The notes: generated from the sequence alone by a model not told the origin. A DNA stretch of 64,000 nt from Puniceicoccales bacterium (GCA_031269795.1 JAISYR010000021.1:3818-67817), one strand, 5' to 3'; shown: positions 37,693-49,225, counted from the stretch's first letter. A program made the numbers and translations.

Positions 37693-39194
37693 TGAAAAGT
37701 TTCTATTTTATCGTATTATTGTTGTTTGGATCTGTTTTATCGGCCGATGAATCAGTGCTGCGCTGGGCTGCCGATGCGGAAAGCGGGGCACCAAACGTGT
37801 TCTATGAGAATGGGGATCTGTCAAAGCTGGTGGGATTTGAGAAGGATATCATAGATCACATTGCAAAATGCCTCGGACGCAGAGCAGAATTTCACCAAAA
37901 TGATTGGGATAGCCTAATCTCTGGCCTTCAAAGAAATCTGTACGATATAGTCATTAATGGTTTTTCACCCGAGGAAGGAAAAGAGAATAGTGCCATCTTT
38001 TCGAATCCATACTATGCCTGTGGCTTATCACTTATCGTTCGCTCGAATACCGATAATATCAAATCTATCCTCGATTGTAGTGGAGCCATTGTCGGTGTTT
38101 TACGAAGCTCTAAGGCGGAAGGTATTTTGACAAGTAGTCTAAAAAATGTCAAAGTCATTGGCTACCCAAATGAATACTGTGCCATTTCCGATCTAAAAAA
38201 CAAACGCGTAGACGCGATCCTATTGGATGGACAAATTGCAACCTATTATATTAGGAAGCTGTCCGGCTTAAAAATTGTTGATGAGCTCGACGAGACAAAG
38301 TATTCCATCGTATCAGCTCCTGGGAATAGGGAACTCATGACCGCAATAAATGAGATCATCGGAGATATGCAACGGGATGGTTCCCTTGATGCGATCGTAT
38401 CAAAGTGGGATCTGCACAATACCTCCTATTCTCGGCTATGTGAAACATCGTCAAAAATGGAAACGGCCAGTTCGAACTCTGAATCTTCTGGAAAGCAAGA
38501 TAAATCAACGGTCCAGTATGTCAAAGTGTTACCTTTTTTCATAAAAGCTGCCTGTGTTACCCTAATGATATCAATTTTGTCAATGTGCGTAGCCATAGTC
38601 CTGGGGCTTTGTTTCGCAATTATGAGGGTATACATGCCAAAGTGGATAAGCTTTTTTGCCATTTCAATGATAGAACTTTTACGGGGAATTCCGCTTTTGA
38701 TCCAACTGTTTTTCGTTTTTTATGGCCTCCCATGTATAGGAATAACGCTACCGCCATTGGTCGCTGGAATATTAACCCTTGGAATGAATTATGCCGCCTA
38801 CGAAGCAGAAAATTTTCGTGCTGGAATGGCAGCCGTTCCCTATGGTCAGATGGAAGCAGCACGAGCCTTGGGCATGAACCAATGGCAATCTTTGCGCCAT
38901 GTTATCCTGCCACAAGCCTTTACGTTTGTTTTGCCACCGCTTACGAATGATTTCATCGCGATTTTAAAAGACTCATCCCTCGTTTCGCTGATCACGATAA
39001 TGGAATTGACAAAAACCTATATGTTGATTGCAAGTAATTCGTTCAACTTCTTTGGAATGGGTGCGATCGTCGCTCTTATCTATTTCCTAATAGGGCTGCC
39101 TTTTGCACAACTCGCCAAATTAGCGGAAAGACATTTGAAACTTGAGAAGCGAGCCTATTCTTCTCGGAAAATAGGAGGGAGATATAATCGCTAG
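37692..39194 (+). CDS. Polar amino acid ABC transporter, fused substrate-binding plus permease
   Basis: Signal peptide, SBP_bac_3 region (GFEKDI, WDSLI.GL), then HisM-type permease (RGIPLLIQL, AYEAENFRAG, FIAILKDSSL). Confidence 0.92.
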   Translation: MKSFYFIVLLLFGSVLSADESVLRWAADAESGAPNVFYENGDLSKLVGFEKDIIDHIAKCLGRRAEFHQNDWDSLISGLQRNLYDIVINGFSPEEGKENSAIFSNPYYACGLSLIVRSNTDNIKSILDCSGAIVGVLRSSKAEGILTSSLKNVKVIGYPNEYCAISDLKNKRVDAILLDGQIATYYIRKLSGLKIVDELDETKYSIVSAPGNRELMTAINEIIGDMQRDGSLDAIVSKWDLHNTSYSRLCETSSKMETASSNSESSGKQDKSTVQYVKVLPFFIKAACVTLMISILSMCVAIVLGLCFAIMRVYMPKWISFFAISMIELLRGIPLLIQLFFVFYGLPCIGITLPPLVAGILTLGMNYAAYEAENFRAGMAAVPYGQMEAARALGMNQWQSLRHVILPQAFTFVLPPLTNDFIAILKDSSLVSLITIMELTKTYMLIASNSFNFFGMGAIVALIYFLIGLPFAQLAKLAERHLKLEKRAYSSRKIGGRYNR

Positions 39195-39234
39195 TAAAGC
39201 CAAATAAAGAATCAACCCCTTTTACTATTTAAAA

Positions 39235-39918
39235 TTATTCCAATTGGGCTTTTTTATATATTTCTAAGAGAGCTGCAAAATCCTCATCCCGAGAACCGCT
39301 TGTAATGACATAATCATACATGGGAGCCATTTTTATTTCATTTTCCGCCGTTTGAAGACGTTTGGCTATTGATTCCGCCGTTTCAGTCCCCCGACCAGCG
39401 ATTCTTTGTTTGAGCTCATCCAGGCTTTTGGGAGCAATAAAAATTGTAACCGTCCGAAAATTGTTTTTTTGCCTTAAAATTTGTTCAACTCCCGCCACAT
39501 CGATCACCAGCAGTGCATTAATTCCTGCCGATAGGGTTGATTCGACGTCTGCCCGCGGAGAACCGTAGTAATAATTTCCGTGCACATTGGCATATTCCAA
39601 AAATTCCGATCTTTCTATTCGCCTACGAAATTCTTCCCTATCGATGAAGTGATAATCTATGCCGTCCACTTCACCTTCCCGCGGTTGCCTGGTGGTAGTA
39701 GTAACCATCCTTTTTAGATTTTTGGCTCCGACCTTTTGTAACAGCCTCCTGGCAACGGTATCCTTTCCAACTCCAGAGGGGCCGGACAGTATAAACAATG
39801 TGGGTGAAACTTTCCTTGCAGAACTATGCTTGCTTTTCATCGAAAATAAAACAACAGGTACAATTGATATGCCTAAGATTAATCCCGTCATCATCCATAA
39901 TTTTTTTACTAAATCCAT
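39235..39918 (-). CDS. gmk: Guanylate kinase with N-terminal hydrophobic extension
   Basis: GPSGVGKDT, TTTRQPREGEVDGIDYHF, EYA.VHGNYYYGS; preceded in frame by MDLVKKLWMMTGLILGISIVPVVLFS. Confidence 0.93.
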   Translation of the reverse strand: MDLVKKLWMMTGLILGISIVPVVLFSMKSKHSSARKVSPTLFILSGPSGVGKDTVARRLLQKVGAKNLKRMVTTTTRQPREGEVDGIDYHFIDREEFRRRIERSEFLEYANVHGNYYYGSPRADVESTLSAGINALLVIDVAGVEQILRQKNNFRTVTIFIAPKSLDELKQRIAGRGTETAESIAKRLQTAENEIKMAPMYDYVITSGSRDEDFAALLEIYKKAQLE

Positions 39919-40096
39919 GATTCAGTCTGTTTTTAAATGAAAACTTAAACACCTCAAATTCTATGGTAAAATTCTGAAAAGGTTTGTAAACAATATTGAC
40001 TAGAATTTTTTCCTTTCGAGAAATTTGACCAGTCCAACCTTGACATATGACAAATTTACTTTTTGTTGGCAGTAATTAAAATCAGCAAGGTAAATT

Positions 40097-40237
40097 ATGC
40101 AACCGACATATCATCCGTCGAATTTAAAAAGAATCAGAAAATGTGGGTTCCGTGCCCGTATGGCAACACGGGGCGGACGTAAGGTATTATCAGCACGCAG
40201 ACGCATCGGGCGCAAGAAAATCTGTGTGTGCATATAA
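40097..40237 (+). CDS. rpmH: 50S ribosomal protein L34 (missed by the ORF track)
   Basis: Hand translation [46 protein letters not shown]; upstream of rnpA. Confidence 0.95.
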   Translation: MQPTYHPSNLKRIRKCGFRARMATRGGRKVLSARRRIGRKKICVCI

Positions 40238-40249
40238 AACTTCTAGCAA

Positions 40250-40606
40250 ATGTTCCGGCTATTCAAAAGCCAACGCTTGAGAAAATCTTCTGATTTTGAA
40301 AAATTTCGTTCCAAAGACACGAGGAATGTTTATGCGGAGATATTTGTCCTAAAGTCCTTCAAACGGGTGGCAGTGGGCGTGTCATTCCACGATTTAACAC
40401 CACGGATTGGGATAATTACATCGAGAAAAATTGGCAATGCGGTAACCAGGAACCGGGTTCGACGGGTGGTCCGGGAAGCATTTAGGCTTAATTTGAAGTG
40501 TTTCAAACAATCCCACGACTATTTATTCATCGCTCTCCTCGGAATTGGCACAAAGTCAAACAAAGAAATAACTAACGCAGTTTTGAATGCGGCTAAATTA
40601 CTCTAG
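40250..40606 (+). CDS. rnpA: Ribonuclease P protein component
   Basis: RLRKSSDF, RIGIITSRKIGNAVTRNRVRR (RNR motif). Confidence 0.93.
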   Translation: MFRLFKSQRLRKSSDFEKFRSKDTRNVYAEIFVLKSFKRVAVGVSFHDLTPRIGIITSRKIGNAVTRNRVRRVVREAFRLNLKCFKQSHDYLFIALLGIGTKSNKEITNAVLNAAKLL

Positions 40607-40683
40607 TGCCCGATTTTTAATACAACATTGTCTTTTATCGATTATCAAATATCTAGATAATCTTTTTTAAAATTTGATTTTGT

Positions 40684-41280
40684 GTGATATTTTTCTATGT
40701 TGCATCATTCTTGGAGTTTCATTTTTCTACAATTATGAGTGGTAATGTTACGATTTTCATAGTGGGGGTGGTTGTTACCCTGCTATCGCTGTTTTCTTTT
40801 TCCAACAACTATTTACAAAAGCTGAGCAATTGGTTACTTTTTTCAAAATATGCTCCATTTGTGACTTTGGGAATCGGCGGAACGGTCTTTTTAGTAAATG
40901 TGTTTCACCTAAACATGGCAGATTTTGGGGAGCATAGATTTGCGTTACTCGCCCTATTTGCCACAATAATATTGCTTTCATTTTTCAAAATGAGAGAACT
41001 GCTATCCATACGTGGATTGGCGGTTTTGTTACTTGTTTGTTCAAAAGCAATGTTGGACAACGTCTACTGTGAACCGGCTCTGTGGAAAAATTACTTCGTC
41101 TCTTTTGTCTATTTGATAATTATTTTTTCAATGCTAATTGGCACCATGCCATACCTCCTTCGAGATTTTTTAGACTTTTTGATAAAGTCGAGAACTTCAA
41201 GGGTGATACTAGGGACATTCTTGATGATATACGGTATATTGTTGACATTCATTCCTTTTGGAAAGGTGAGTCATGTTTAA
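40684..41280 (+). CDS. Hypothetical multi-pass membrane protein
   Basis: About 5-6 TM segments; start may be the ATG at 40735. Confidence 0.7.
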   Translation: MIFFYVASFLEFHFSTIMSGNVTIFIVGVVVTLLSLFSFSNNYLQKLSNWLLFSKYAPFVTLGIGGTVFLVNVFHLNMADFGEHRFALLALFATIILLSFFKMRELLSIRGLAVLLLVCSKAMLDNVYCEPALWKNYFVSFVYLIIIFSMLIGTMPYLLRDFLDFLIKSRTSRVILGTFLMIYGILLTFIPFGKVSHV

Positions 41281-42218
41281 TCCGATAGCAAATTATCAAA
41301 TTTGATAATTCCATCGCATATGGACTGGGCAAGAGTATCCCGATAGGTAGGAGAGGTAATTTTTTTGCATTCTTCACGGTTAGACAAGAACCCACATTCT
41401 ACTAAAATTCCTGGGCACCGTAGATCCCTTAACACCACAAATGTACTATGTTTTACCCCACGGTCGATGGCTGATGTTTTCTCTGTTAATGAGGATTGTA
41501 AACAATAGCCAAGGACTATGTTAAGAGTGTCAAATGTATTGCCAATAAAATTTCCATGGACACTTCTGGAAGAAGCTTGATAGGATGATGCTTGGGTCGG
41601 TGGGGTCAGTGTGAATGTTTCAATGCCCGATGCGGATACGGACGGAGCGGAATTGAAATGTATGCTGATAAACAAATCTGCTTTTGCTCGATTGGCAATT
41701 TGCGTTCTTTCCGGCAGGGGGACTTTTTTATCCTGTGCCCTGGTTAAGATAACCCTGTATCCATTTTTTTCAAGTAACTTAGCCAACCGAAGGCACACAT
41801 CCATGGCCAAGAATTTTTCTTGTAATTTATCCCATTGGGCGGTGGCCCCATTGTCTTCGCCCCCGTGTCCCGCATCTAGAGCAATTATCCTTAATTTTTT
41901 ATAGCGATGTTTCGCCGTTGGAAGTAGTGGCTGAATGTGGTATTTATAATCCGAAGAATCGATATAGTACCTGCCATATCGTTTGATGGTTGGAAAACCC
42001 AAAGGCATCAGGATGTTTTTAAACGTAAAAACTCTCGAATTATCTTTGAATGCAAAAGCAATGCCCTTTGTGCCAAAGGAATTAGCAGACAACATGTGCA
42101 ATCCATTGGTTTTGGCAACTTTGATCAGCGGTATTTCCACCGCTAGACATGCCAAACTGCGACAAATAACAATTCCCCAGATGGTGCTTGCAAAAATTAG
42201 GCATTTGATCTTTTGCAT
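41277..42218 (-). CDS. N-acetylmuramoyl-L-alanine amidase (Amidase_3)
   Basis: Signal peptide; IALDAGHGG.D.GA, EK, LFISIHFNS, ILVECGFLSN. Confidence 0.93.
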   Translation of the reverse strand: MQKIKCLIFASTIWGIVICRSLACLAVEIPLIKVAKTNGLHMLSANSFGTKGIAFAFKDNSRVFTFKNILMPLGFPTIKRYGRYYIDSSDYKYHIQPLLPTAKHRYKKLRIIALDAGHGGEDNGATAQWDKLQEKFLAMDVCLRLAKLLEKNGYRVILTRAQDKKVPLPERTQIANRAKADLFISIHFNSAPSVSASGIETFTLTPPTQASSYQASSRSVHGNFIGNTFDTLNIVLGYCLQSSLTEKTSAIDRGVKHSTFVVLRDLRCPGILVECGFLSNREECKKITSPTYRDTLAQSICDGIIKFDNLLSD

Positions 42219-42223
42219 AGACT

Positions 42224-42892
42224 TTATTTTAGCTTCAGTAACTCGCTAGCATCCAATATTTTGATGGATGTACCGGATTGCTGTTTGACTTCCCCTTCGG
42301 ATTTCGATCCTTTTTTTACACAAGGCGAAAGGGTCAGGGAAATTATTTTCCCAAATAGTTTAGGTTCGCAATCTTGGGTACCGTAGGGCTTAATATCCCT
42401 AATAAACCTCTTGATAAGCTCAAACCCTAATTCGGGATGTGTTAATTCCCGCCCGCGGAACATCAGCGACAATTTCAATTTGTTGCCATGTTCCAAAAAT
42501 TCAATGGCATGGCGCATCTTTGTGTTGTAGTCATTTAATTCGATGGCGACATGAAGCTTTACTTCCTTAATTTTTGTCGCTGCCTGTTTGGAAGAGTTTT
42601 TATTTTTCTTTTCGTTGTATTTGTATTTTCCAAAGTCCAAAATTTTACATATCGGAGGATTAACATTCGGAGAGATTTCGACCAAATCTAGCCCTTCACT
42701 TCTAGCAATTGATATGGCTTCTACCACTTGCATTATTCCCAACTGCTGTCCATCGCTGCCGATCACACGGACCACCTTAGATCTAATCTTTTCATTTTTA
42801 CGAATGAAACTTTTTCCAGAATTTCCAAACTTCCTATTGGAGGAGTAATTACCCTTTCTGGCTGAAACGGGATTAAACTGTTGATTTGTCAT
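42224..42892 (-). CDS. infC: Translation initiation factor IF-3
   Basis: NEKIR...VRVI...GQQLGI, GLDLVEISP...PPICKILDFGK, KEVKL, FRGRE. Confidence 0.96.
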   Translation of the reverse strand: MTNQQFNPVSARKGNYSSNRKFGNSGKSFIRKNEKIRSKVVRVIGSDGQQLGIMQVVEAISIARSEGLDLVEISPNVNPPICKILDFGKYKYNEKKNKNSSKQAATKIKEVKLHVAIELNDYNTKMRHAIEFLEHGNKLKLSLMFRGRELTHPELGFELIKRFIRDIKPYGTQDCEPKLFGKIISLTLSPCVKKGSKSEGEVKQQSGTSIKILDASELLKLK

Positions 42893-43086
42893 TACCTATT
42901 AAAATTATTAACTGGAGCCAATAGGCACCAGTGTTATCCATGATAAATTTTTTCTAAAAAAAACAATTATTTTGTGCCATGGAAAAAACTTTGATGCTTT
43001 TCGTCAAGAATTTCGTCAAAAACAAATCATTTCCCATTTCATTGTTGCGAACTAATTTTTAATCTTTTGTGTTATGCCAACATCCT

Positions 43087-44139
43087 ATGATACCTCAAAT
43101 TGATAAAGTTTTCGAAGAAGCACGGGCTGCGATATCCGGAGTGTCATCACGTGGAGATTTCGACAATGCCAGGTCTAAAATTTTAGGTCCGAACGGTGTA
43201 TTCCGTGAATTGATGAAACTATTATCGGGTTTACCGAAGGAAGAACGGCCGTCCATGGGACAGGCGATAAATGCTTGTAAGAACAAGGTGGAGGAAATGT
43301 TCGAAAATAAGCTGGTCGAAATAGAAGGCCGGGAGACCATAACATCCCTAGGTCAACCCATTGATCCGACCCTAATGCCCATTTTTAATGAAGAAATTTT
43401 TTGCCATCCCCTGACAAAGATTAAAAATCGTATGGTGGAAATTTTCTCGAATCTAGGGTTTAGTACCGTCGAAGGGTCGGAAATAGAGACCGAATGGTTT
43501 TGTTTCGACGCATTGAATACACCCGAAAGCCACCCTTCCCGTGACGATCGTGATACATTTTACTTTGGTAAGGATGTTTCCATTGAAAATGTATCAAAAA
43601 AAAACGATGAACAATATGTTTTGCGGACTCATACTTCAACGGTTCAAGTCAGGACAATGCTACAATCCAAACCACCGATTAGGATTTTATCACCCGGTAT
43701 GGTATTTCGCAGGGATGCCATAGATGCTACCCACTATCCAGCTTTTCACCAGTGTGAAGGCTTGGTCGTTGGCGAAGGAATAACGGTTTGTGACCTGAAA
43801 TCGATTTTAGATTTTTTCTTCAAGAAATTAACCGGCGAAAATAGTGAAATTCGAATGCGTCCTAGCTTTTTCCCTTTTGTATCTCCAGGATTTGAGGTAG
43901 ATTTTAGGAGTAAGAATCTCGGAAAATTGAGCAACAGGTGGATTGAAATTTGTGGCTGTGGCATGGTGGCACCCAATGTTTTCAAAAACTGCGGCTATGC
44001 TAGCGATAAAATTTCGGGTTTTGCCTTTGGCATGGGCATTGAACGTCTTGCCATGTTGCTATATGGAATAGACGATATCCGATTATTTTTTCAAAACGAT
44101 ACCAGGTTTTTGAGAGAATTTAAACTGTCGATGTTCTAA
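43087..44139 (+). CDS. pheS: Phenylalanine--tRNA ligase alpha subunit
   Basis: FDALN.P..HPSR, LRTHTS.VQ, FRRD..DATH.P.FHQ.EG, RPSFFPFV.P, GFAFGMGIER; ATG at 43087. Confidence 0.97.
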   Translation: MIPQIDKVFEEARAAISGVSSRGDFDNARSKILGPNGVFRELMKLLSGLPKEERPSMGQAINACKNKVEEMFENKLVEIEGRETITSLGQPIDPTLMPIFNEEIFCHPLTKIKNRMVEIFSNLGFSTVEGSEIETEWFCFDALNTPESHPSRDDRDTFYFGKDVSIENVSKKNDEQYVLRTHTSTVQVRTMLQSKPPIRILSPGMVFRRDAIDATHYPAFHQCEGLVVGEGITVCDLKSILDFFFKKLTGENSEIRMRPSFFPFVSPGFEVDFRSKNLGKLSNRWIEICGCGMVAPNVFKNCGYASDKISGFAFGMGIERLAMLLYGIDDIRLFFQNDTRFLREFKLSMF

Positions 44140-44147
44140 ATTTACCC

Positions 44148-45545
44148 CTAGTGGATGACGCTTTTATACCATTTCAAACTTTTGTAGCGCCTATACACCA
44201 GCAGCAAGCAGGAAGATATCCAGCAAGTGGATAGCAAATGCACAATTATTGCAGAATTCAGCATATTAAATGCGTACAACAATGCAACGGGAAGAACAAC
44301 AAACCCCCAGAGACATCCCAAGCTGGTGATATTTATATATTTTGTATCACCACCTGATGCCAATGTCCCCCAAAAGATAGCACATAAAGATTCTAGGGTT
44401 ATATTGATAAACTGTATTTTAAAAATTATCGACAGTGTGGGATATAGGTGCGTAATACCTTCATTTATAGTGCCGAGAATGCCACAGAATAAATAGGGAG
44501 AAATAAGCAGTGGGAACATGAAAATAAAACAAAAAATCAATGTCAGAATGGTTAATTTTTTGAGGATAACGCCAATGGATGCCAGGTCATTTTTCCCTAT
44601 AAAATTAGCAGAAATTGCGGCAGTTCCTTTTGATAAACTGTCACAAATAAAAACAATCAATACGTAAACTGTCATGGCAATCCCGTGAATCGTTGCCAAA
44701 TCCCTTGACTCATGACTCAAGGCAGCAAATACTAAATACCATGCAAGCAATTCGGCACCTCTACCCAATGACATCGGTATGCCAACTTTCAAGCACCTTC
44801 TAAACATATCTTTGTTGAACTTATAATTCTTGGCCGTGCTGAAATGTTGCCTGTTTTTAGAACTCCAAAAGCCTCCTGCGAGGATTAGAATCTGTATGGC
44901 TTCGGCAATGATTGTTGCCTCCGCTGCCCCCCTACACCCAAGGCTGGGAATAATGCCTTTGACACCAAAAACCAGCAAGTAATCCAAAATGGCGTTGATA
45001 AGATTTCCCAGAACAACGATTACCGTGATGATTTTCGTTTGCCCACGGCCGATGAAAAAACCTGTAAATGCAGCCGCTAGCCCCGGCATCCAACAAAAAT
45101 ATGTAAGCAGCCGTTGGTACGCTATACCATCCTTGGCATAGCATTCCGGAATCAGGTTCAAATAGTCCGAAAGATACCCGATTGGAATATAAAAGATCGC
45201 AGCAAATATTACCAAGTATATCATCTGCCAAACGGGGGCAGCAATTTTATCATACTCGCCGGCACCATTATACTGCCCGACGAAAATTTCCGTGGTCCCT
45301 GTGATTGCCATCAAAAGGAACACGTAAACCCCCGCCAAATTGCCGCCCAACATGGCTGCATTCATCGCATCCAAAGAGTATCGCATCAGAATAAGGCGAT
45401 CTATCAAAAACATCAAATTGGATGATAAACACGATAAAATTAGCGGAATTATAATCTTCAATATGCCAGATACGGAGGCATCTATTTGTATTTTTTTCGC
45501 AAAACTCATATAGTCGTTGTTCCTCAACCCGAGAGATTTTAACAA
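44148..45545 (-). CDS. MATE family efflux transporter
   Basis: About 12 TM helices; IDRLIL, FVGQYNGA, NAILDYLLVFG...P.LG..GAA.AT. Confidence 0.88.
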   Translation of the reverse strand: MLKSLGLRNNDYMSFAKKIQIDASVSGILKIIIPLILSCLSSNLMFLIDRLILMRYSLDAMNAAMLGGNLAGVYVFLLMAITGTTEIFVGQYNGAGEYDKIAAPVWQMIYLVIFAAIFYIPIGYLSDYLNLIPECYAKDGIAYQRLLTYFCWMPGLAAAFTGFFIGRGQTKIITVIVVLGNLINAILDYLLVFGVKGIIPSLGCRGAAEATIIAEAIQILILAGGFWSSKNRQHFSTAKNYKFNKDMFRRCLKVGIPMSLGRGAELLAWYLVFAALSHESRDLATIHGIAMTVYVLIVFICDSLSKGTAAISANFIGKNDLASIGVILKKLTILTLIFCFIFMFPLLISPYLFCGILGTINEGITHLYPTLSIIFKIQFINITLESLCAIFWGTLASGGDTKYINITSLGCLWGFVVLPVALLYAFNMLNSAIIVHLLSTCWISSCLLLVYRRYKSLKWYKSVIH

Positions 45546-45689
45546 CTAACCTTCTTTCCTATTTTTACTAATTTCTTCGAAAAAGAAACGGGAAGTCAAG
45601 AGAATTGAAAACCAGGTGGCATCAAATAAAGTTTTGACAAAAAAATGACGTATGCCCATAGTGGAACTTTGCTATTCATGGGAAAATAA

Positions 45690-46691
<1,002 letters not shown>

Positions 46692-46733
46692 AAAATAGCC
46701 ATCTTATCTTGCAAAATTCCTTGGGGCTATTTA

Positions 46734-49220
46734 TTGTCAATGGCCGTCATAATGTTGCCCAATATTCCAGAATGTGAATTTACGAAAGCGTCCATTGTGT
46801 CGTGGAAGAAAAAATTGGCCCAATTTGATATGGGACAATATTTTGGGCGTCGTCCATGTTCCACAGCAAAAGGAGTGTTTGCTACGCAAGCAATTAAAAA
46901 GATAGTTTTGAAAGAACACGAGGCTACAATCGGGGCATATTTTAATGGAGAAGTAATAAATTTTGACATAGCATTTGACCATGTTGGACATCTTGAGACT
47001 TCGATCAATAGGCTAAACAAACTGAAAATCACTTCCCAGATTGTAACCATCGCTGCCTTAATGGCGATCACCAAGCTTGTAAACTCGGAAAATGTAGACC
47101 ACATGGAAGACAAATTCACCTCTTCAATGGATTTCCCAAAGGGCGAAACTTACATGGATGATGTCATGAAAAAAGTGGATGGGCTAAAGAAGAGTAGATT
47201 TGAAAAAAATGTTTTGGTTAAATTTAGCATATGTAACAATGACGTCATAATGCGTGCGTTTTTAGATAACTCCGAAAAAAAACCAATTTTCATGCAGAGC
47301 AGCAGTTCTATTACAGTGATTTCAGGCAACGTTAAAAAGATGTCTCTGCTGCGCTTGCTATTTTATGCTAAAAAATCAAAATTTGAATTTTGCGCATCAA
47401 ATCGGGATTATCGTTCAAAAAATTTGAGGGATGCCATCGATTTAATGGGCAATAAATTCGACGTCTGGGACAAATATTTTTATGTCCAATTCTCCCCCGA
47501 AATGTTGCTCCTAAGGCGGGGGGCCATATTTCCAAATATTTGTGCTAAGGTCCATGAAATCGACCCAGAACACATAGAGATTAAATGGATCATCGAGACC
47601 GAATATGGGCTAATTGATTCTCAGAAAATGCCTGATCTGTTAAAAGCAAACGGTCGCCTAATTTTCATAGAAAAAATAGGAGCTGTTGCACTAACCGCCA
47701 ATCAAATTTCTGTTATCCGGCATGTATTTTGTAGTGACCATGGGGTCAAATTACGCAAATACATCCTGTACGTGTTGCTCAACCAGCATCACATTCGGGT
47801 CGATGCGTCGGGGTGTAAAATTACCCACATTGATGTGGGTAGCGTAAAGTTTAAATTACCTGGATTTTTGAAAAATTACCAGCGGGATGGCGTCTACGCG
47901 ATGCAAGCAATTTTAGATGCCGGATGTCACTGTCTACTCGCCGACGAAATGGGGCTTGGGAAAACTGTCCAAGTACTGTCCCTGATTAGAGCCAATGGTA
48001 AGAACAAACGTTCACTGGTGATTTGTCCCGCAAGCGTAATTTCCGTTTGGCAAAAGGAGATAGAAAAATTCTTTCCCGATAAAGGTTTCGCCATTGTGGA
48101 TAAATATTACAATTTTTCAAAAAAAACTGATTTTCTACTATGCAGCTATGCCCAGGTACATAAAATGAATATGGAATTGCGGAAATTGTCCTTTGACTAT
48201 GTTGTTCTGGATGAAGCGCAATATGTCAAAAATCCACGTTCCAAAACGATGCTGGCCTGTTGTAATATCAACGGACGGTTTAGGATAGCCATTACCGGCA
48301 CACCGATCGAAAATAACCTGATGGACATTTGGAGCATATTCAAGTTCCTAATGCCGGGATTTTTTTGCGGCTACAAACAGTTTCAAGAGAGCATCGGCCA
48401 GCTAGATTTTCGTCAAAATTTTCAGAAACAAATTACAACGTTTACCATTAGGCGGACCAAACAGTCCGTCGCCATCGAATTGCCAAAACGCAATGAAATT
48501 GAGATTACCTGTAAAATGAATCATGCCCAGAGACTTGCCTACAATGCCATTAGGGATAATTTGCGTTCCAAATTGACGAATTTTAACACATCCGATTCAA
48601 AAATGCGTTTGAATATTTTGACAGCCATTACCCGTCTACGACAGGCGGCGTGTGCGCAATTTATCCTCCCGGAAGCTTTGCGCCACAACAATTCCCGGGA
48701 TTCGCAAAAAATCGACATCCTAATGTTGAAACTGGAAACAATAGTAACCGGAGGAAGCAAGGTTCTTGTGTTCAGCCAGTTTTTGGAATTTTTGAAAGAA
48801 ATAAAAGGTAGACTCGTGGAAAACATGCCAGAGGTAAAAGTATACTCTTTGACAGGGTTAACTTCCAATCGTGGGACACTCGTGGATACCTTTCAAAATA
48901 CCAAAGGGAGTGCGGTTATGCTGATTAGTTTGAAAGCTGGTGGTATTGGTCTAACCCTCCATGCAGCAGAATATGCTTTTTTGATGGAACCATGGTGGAA
49001 TCCAGCCGTTGAAGAACAGGCAATAGCACGAATTCACAGGATTGGTCAAAAAAATATTACCACCATCTACCGTCTAATAATGGAAGAATCCATTGAAGAA
49101 CGTATGAGGACGATCCAAGCATCTAAAAGTGAGTTATTCAATGACTTCATCAAGACCGGTGTTGACAATATCGCAATGACCAATTTTTTTCTAAAAAATC
49201 TAGAATCTTTATTGGATTAA
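46734..49220 (+). CDS. SNF2/SWI2-family helicase-like ATPase
   Basis: LADEMGLGKT, LDEAQ.VKN, TGTPIENN, FSQF, SLKAGGIGLTL, PWWNPAVE.QA..R.HRIGQ. Confidence 0.93.
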   Translation: MSMAVIMLPNIPECEFTKASIVSWKKKLAQFDMGQYFGRRPCSTAKGVFATQAIKKIVLKEHEATIGAYFNGEVINFDIAFDHVGHLETSINRLNKLKITSQIVTIAALMAITKLVNSENVDHMEDKFTSSMDFPKGETYMDDVMKKVDGLKKSRFEKNVLVKFSICNNDVIMRAFLDNSEKKPIFMQSSSSITVISGNVKKMSLLRLLFYAKKSKFEFCASNRDYRSKNLRDAIDLMGNKFDVWDKYFYVQFSPEMLLLRRGAIFPNICAKVHEIDPEHIEIKWIIETEYGLIDSQKMPDLLKANGRLIFIEKIGAVALTANQISVIRHVFCSDHGVKLRKYILYVLLNQHHIRVDASGCKITHIDVGSVKFKLPGFLKNYQRDGVYAMQAILDAGCHCLLADEMGLGKTVQVLSLIRANGKNKRSLVICPASVISVWQKEIEKFFPDKGFAIVDKYYNFSKKTDFLLCSYAQVHKMNMELRKLSFDYVVLDEAQYVKNPRSKTMLACCNINGRFRIAITGTPIENNLMDIWSIFKFLMPGFFCGYKQFQESIGQLDFRQNFQKQITTFTIRRTKQSVAIELPKRNEIEITCKMNHAQRLAYNAIRDNLRSKLTNFNTSDSKMRLNILTAITRLRQAACAQFILPEALRHNNSRDSQKIDILMLKLETIVTGGSKVLVFSQFLEFLKEIKGRLVENMPEVKVYSLTGLTSNRGTLVDTFQNTKGSAVMLISLKAGGIGLTLHAAEYAFLMEPWWNPAVEEQAIARIHRIGQKNITTIYRLIMEESIEERMRTIQASKSELFNDFIKTGVDNIAMTNFFLKNLESLLD

Positions 49221-49225
49221 ATACG

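Noticed and set aside
37692-39194. SBP-permease fusion as unusual
   Set aside because: Fused binding-protein/permease polar amino acid transporters are common
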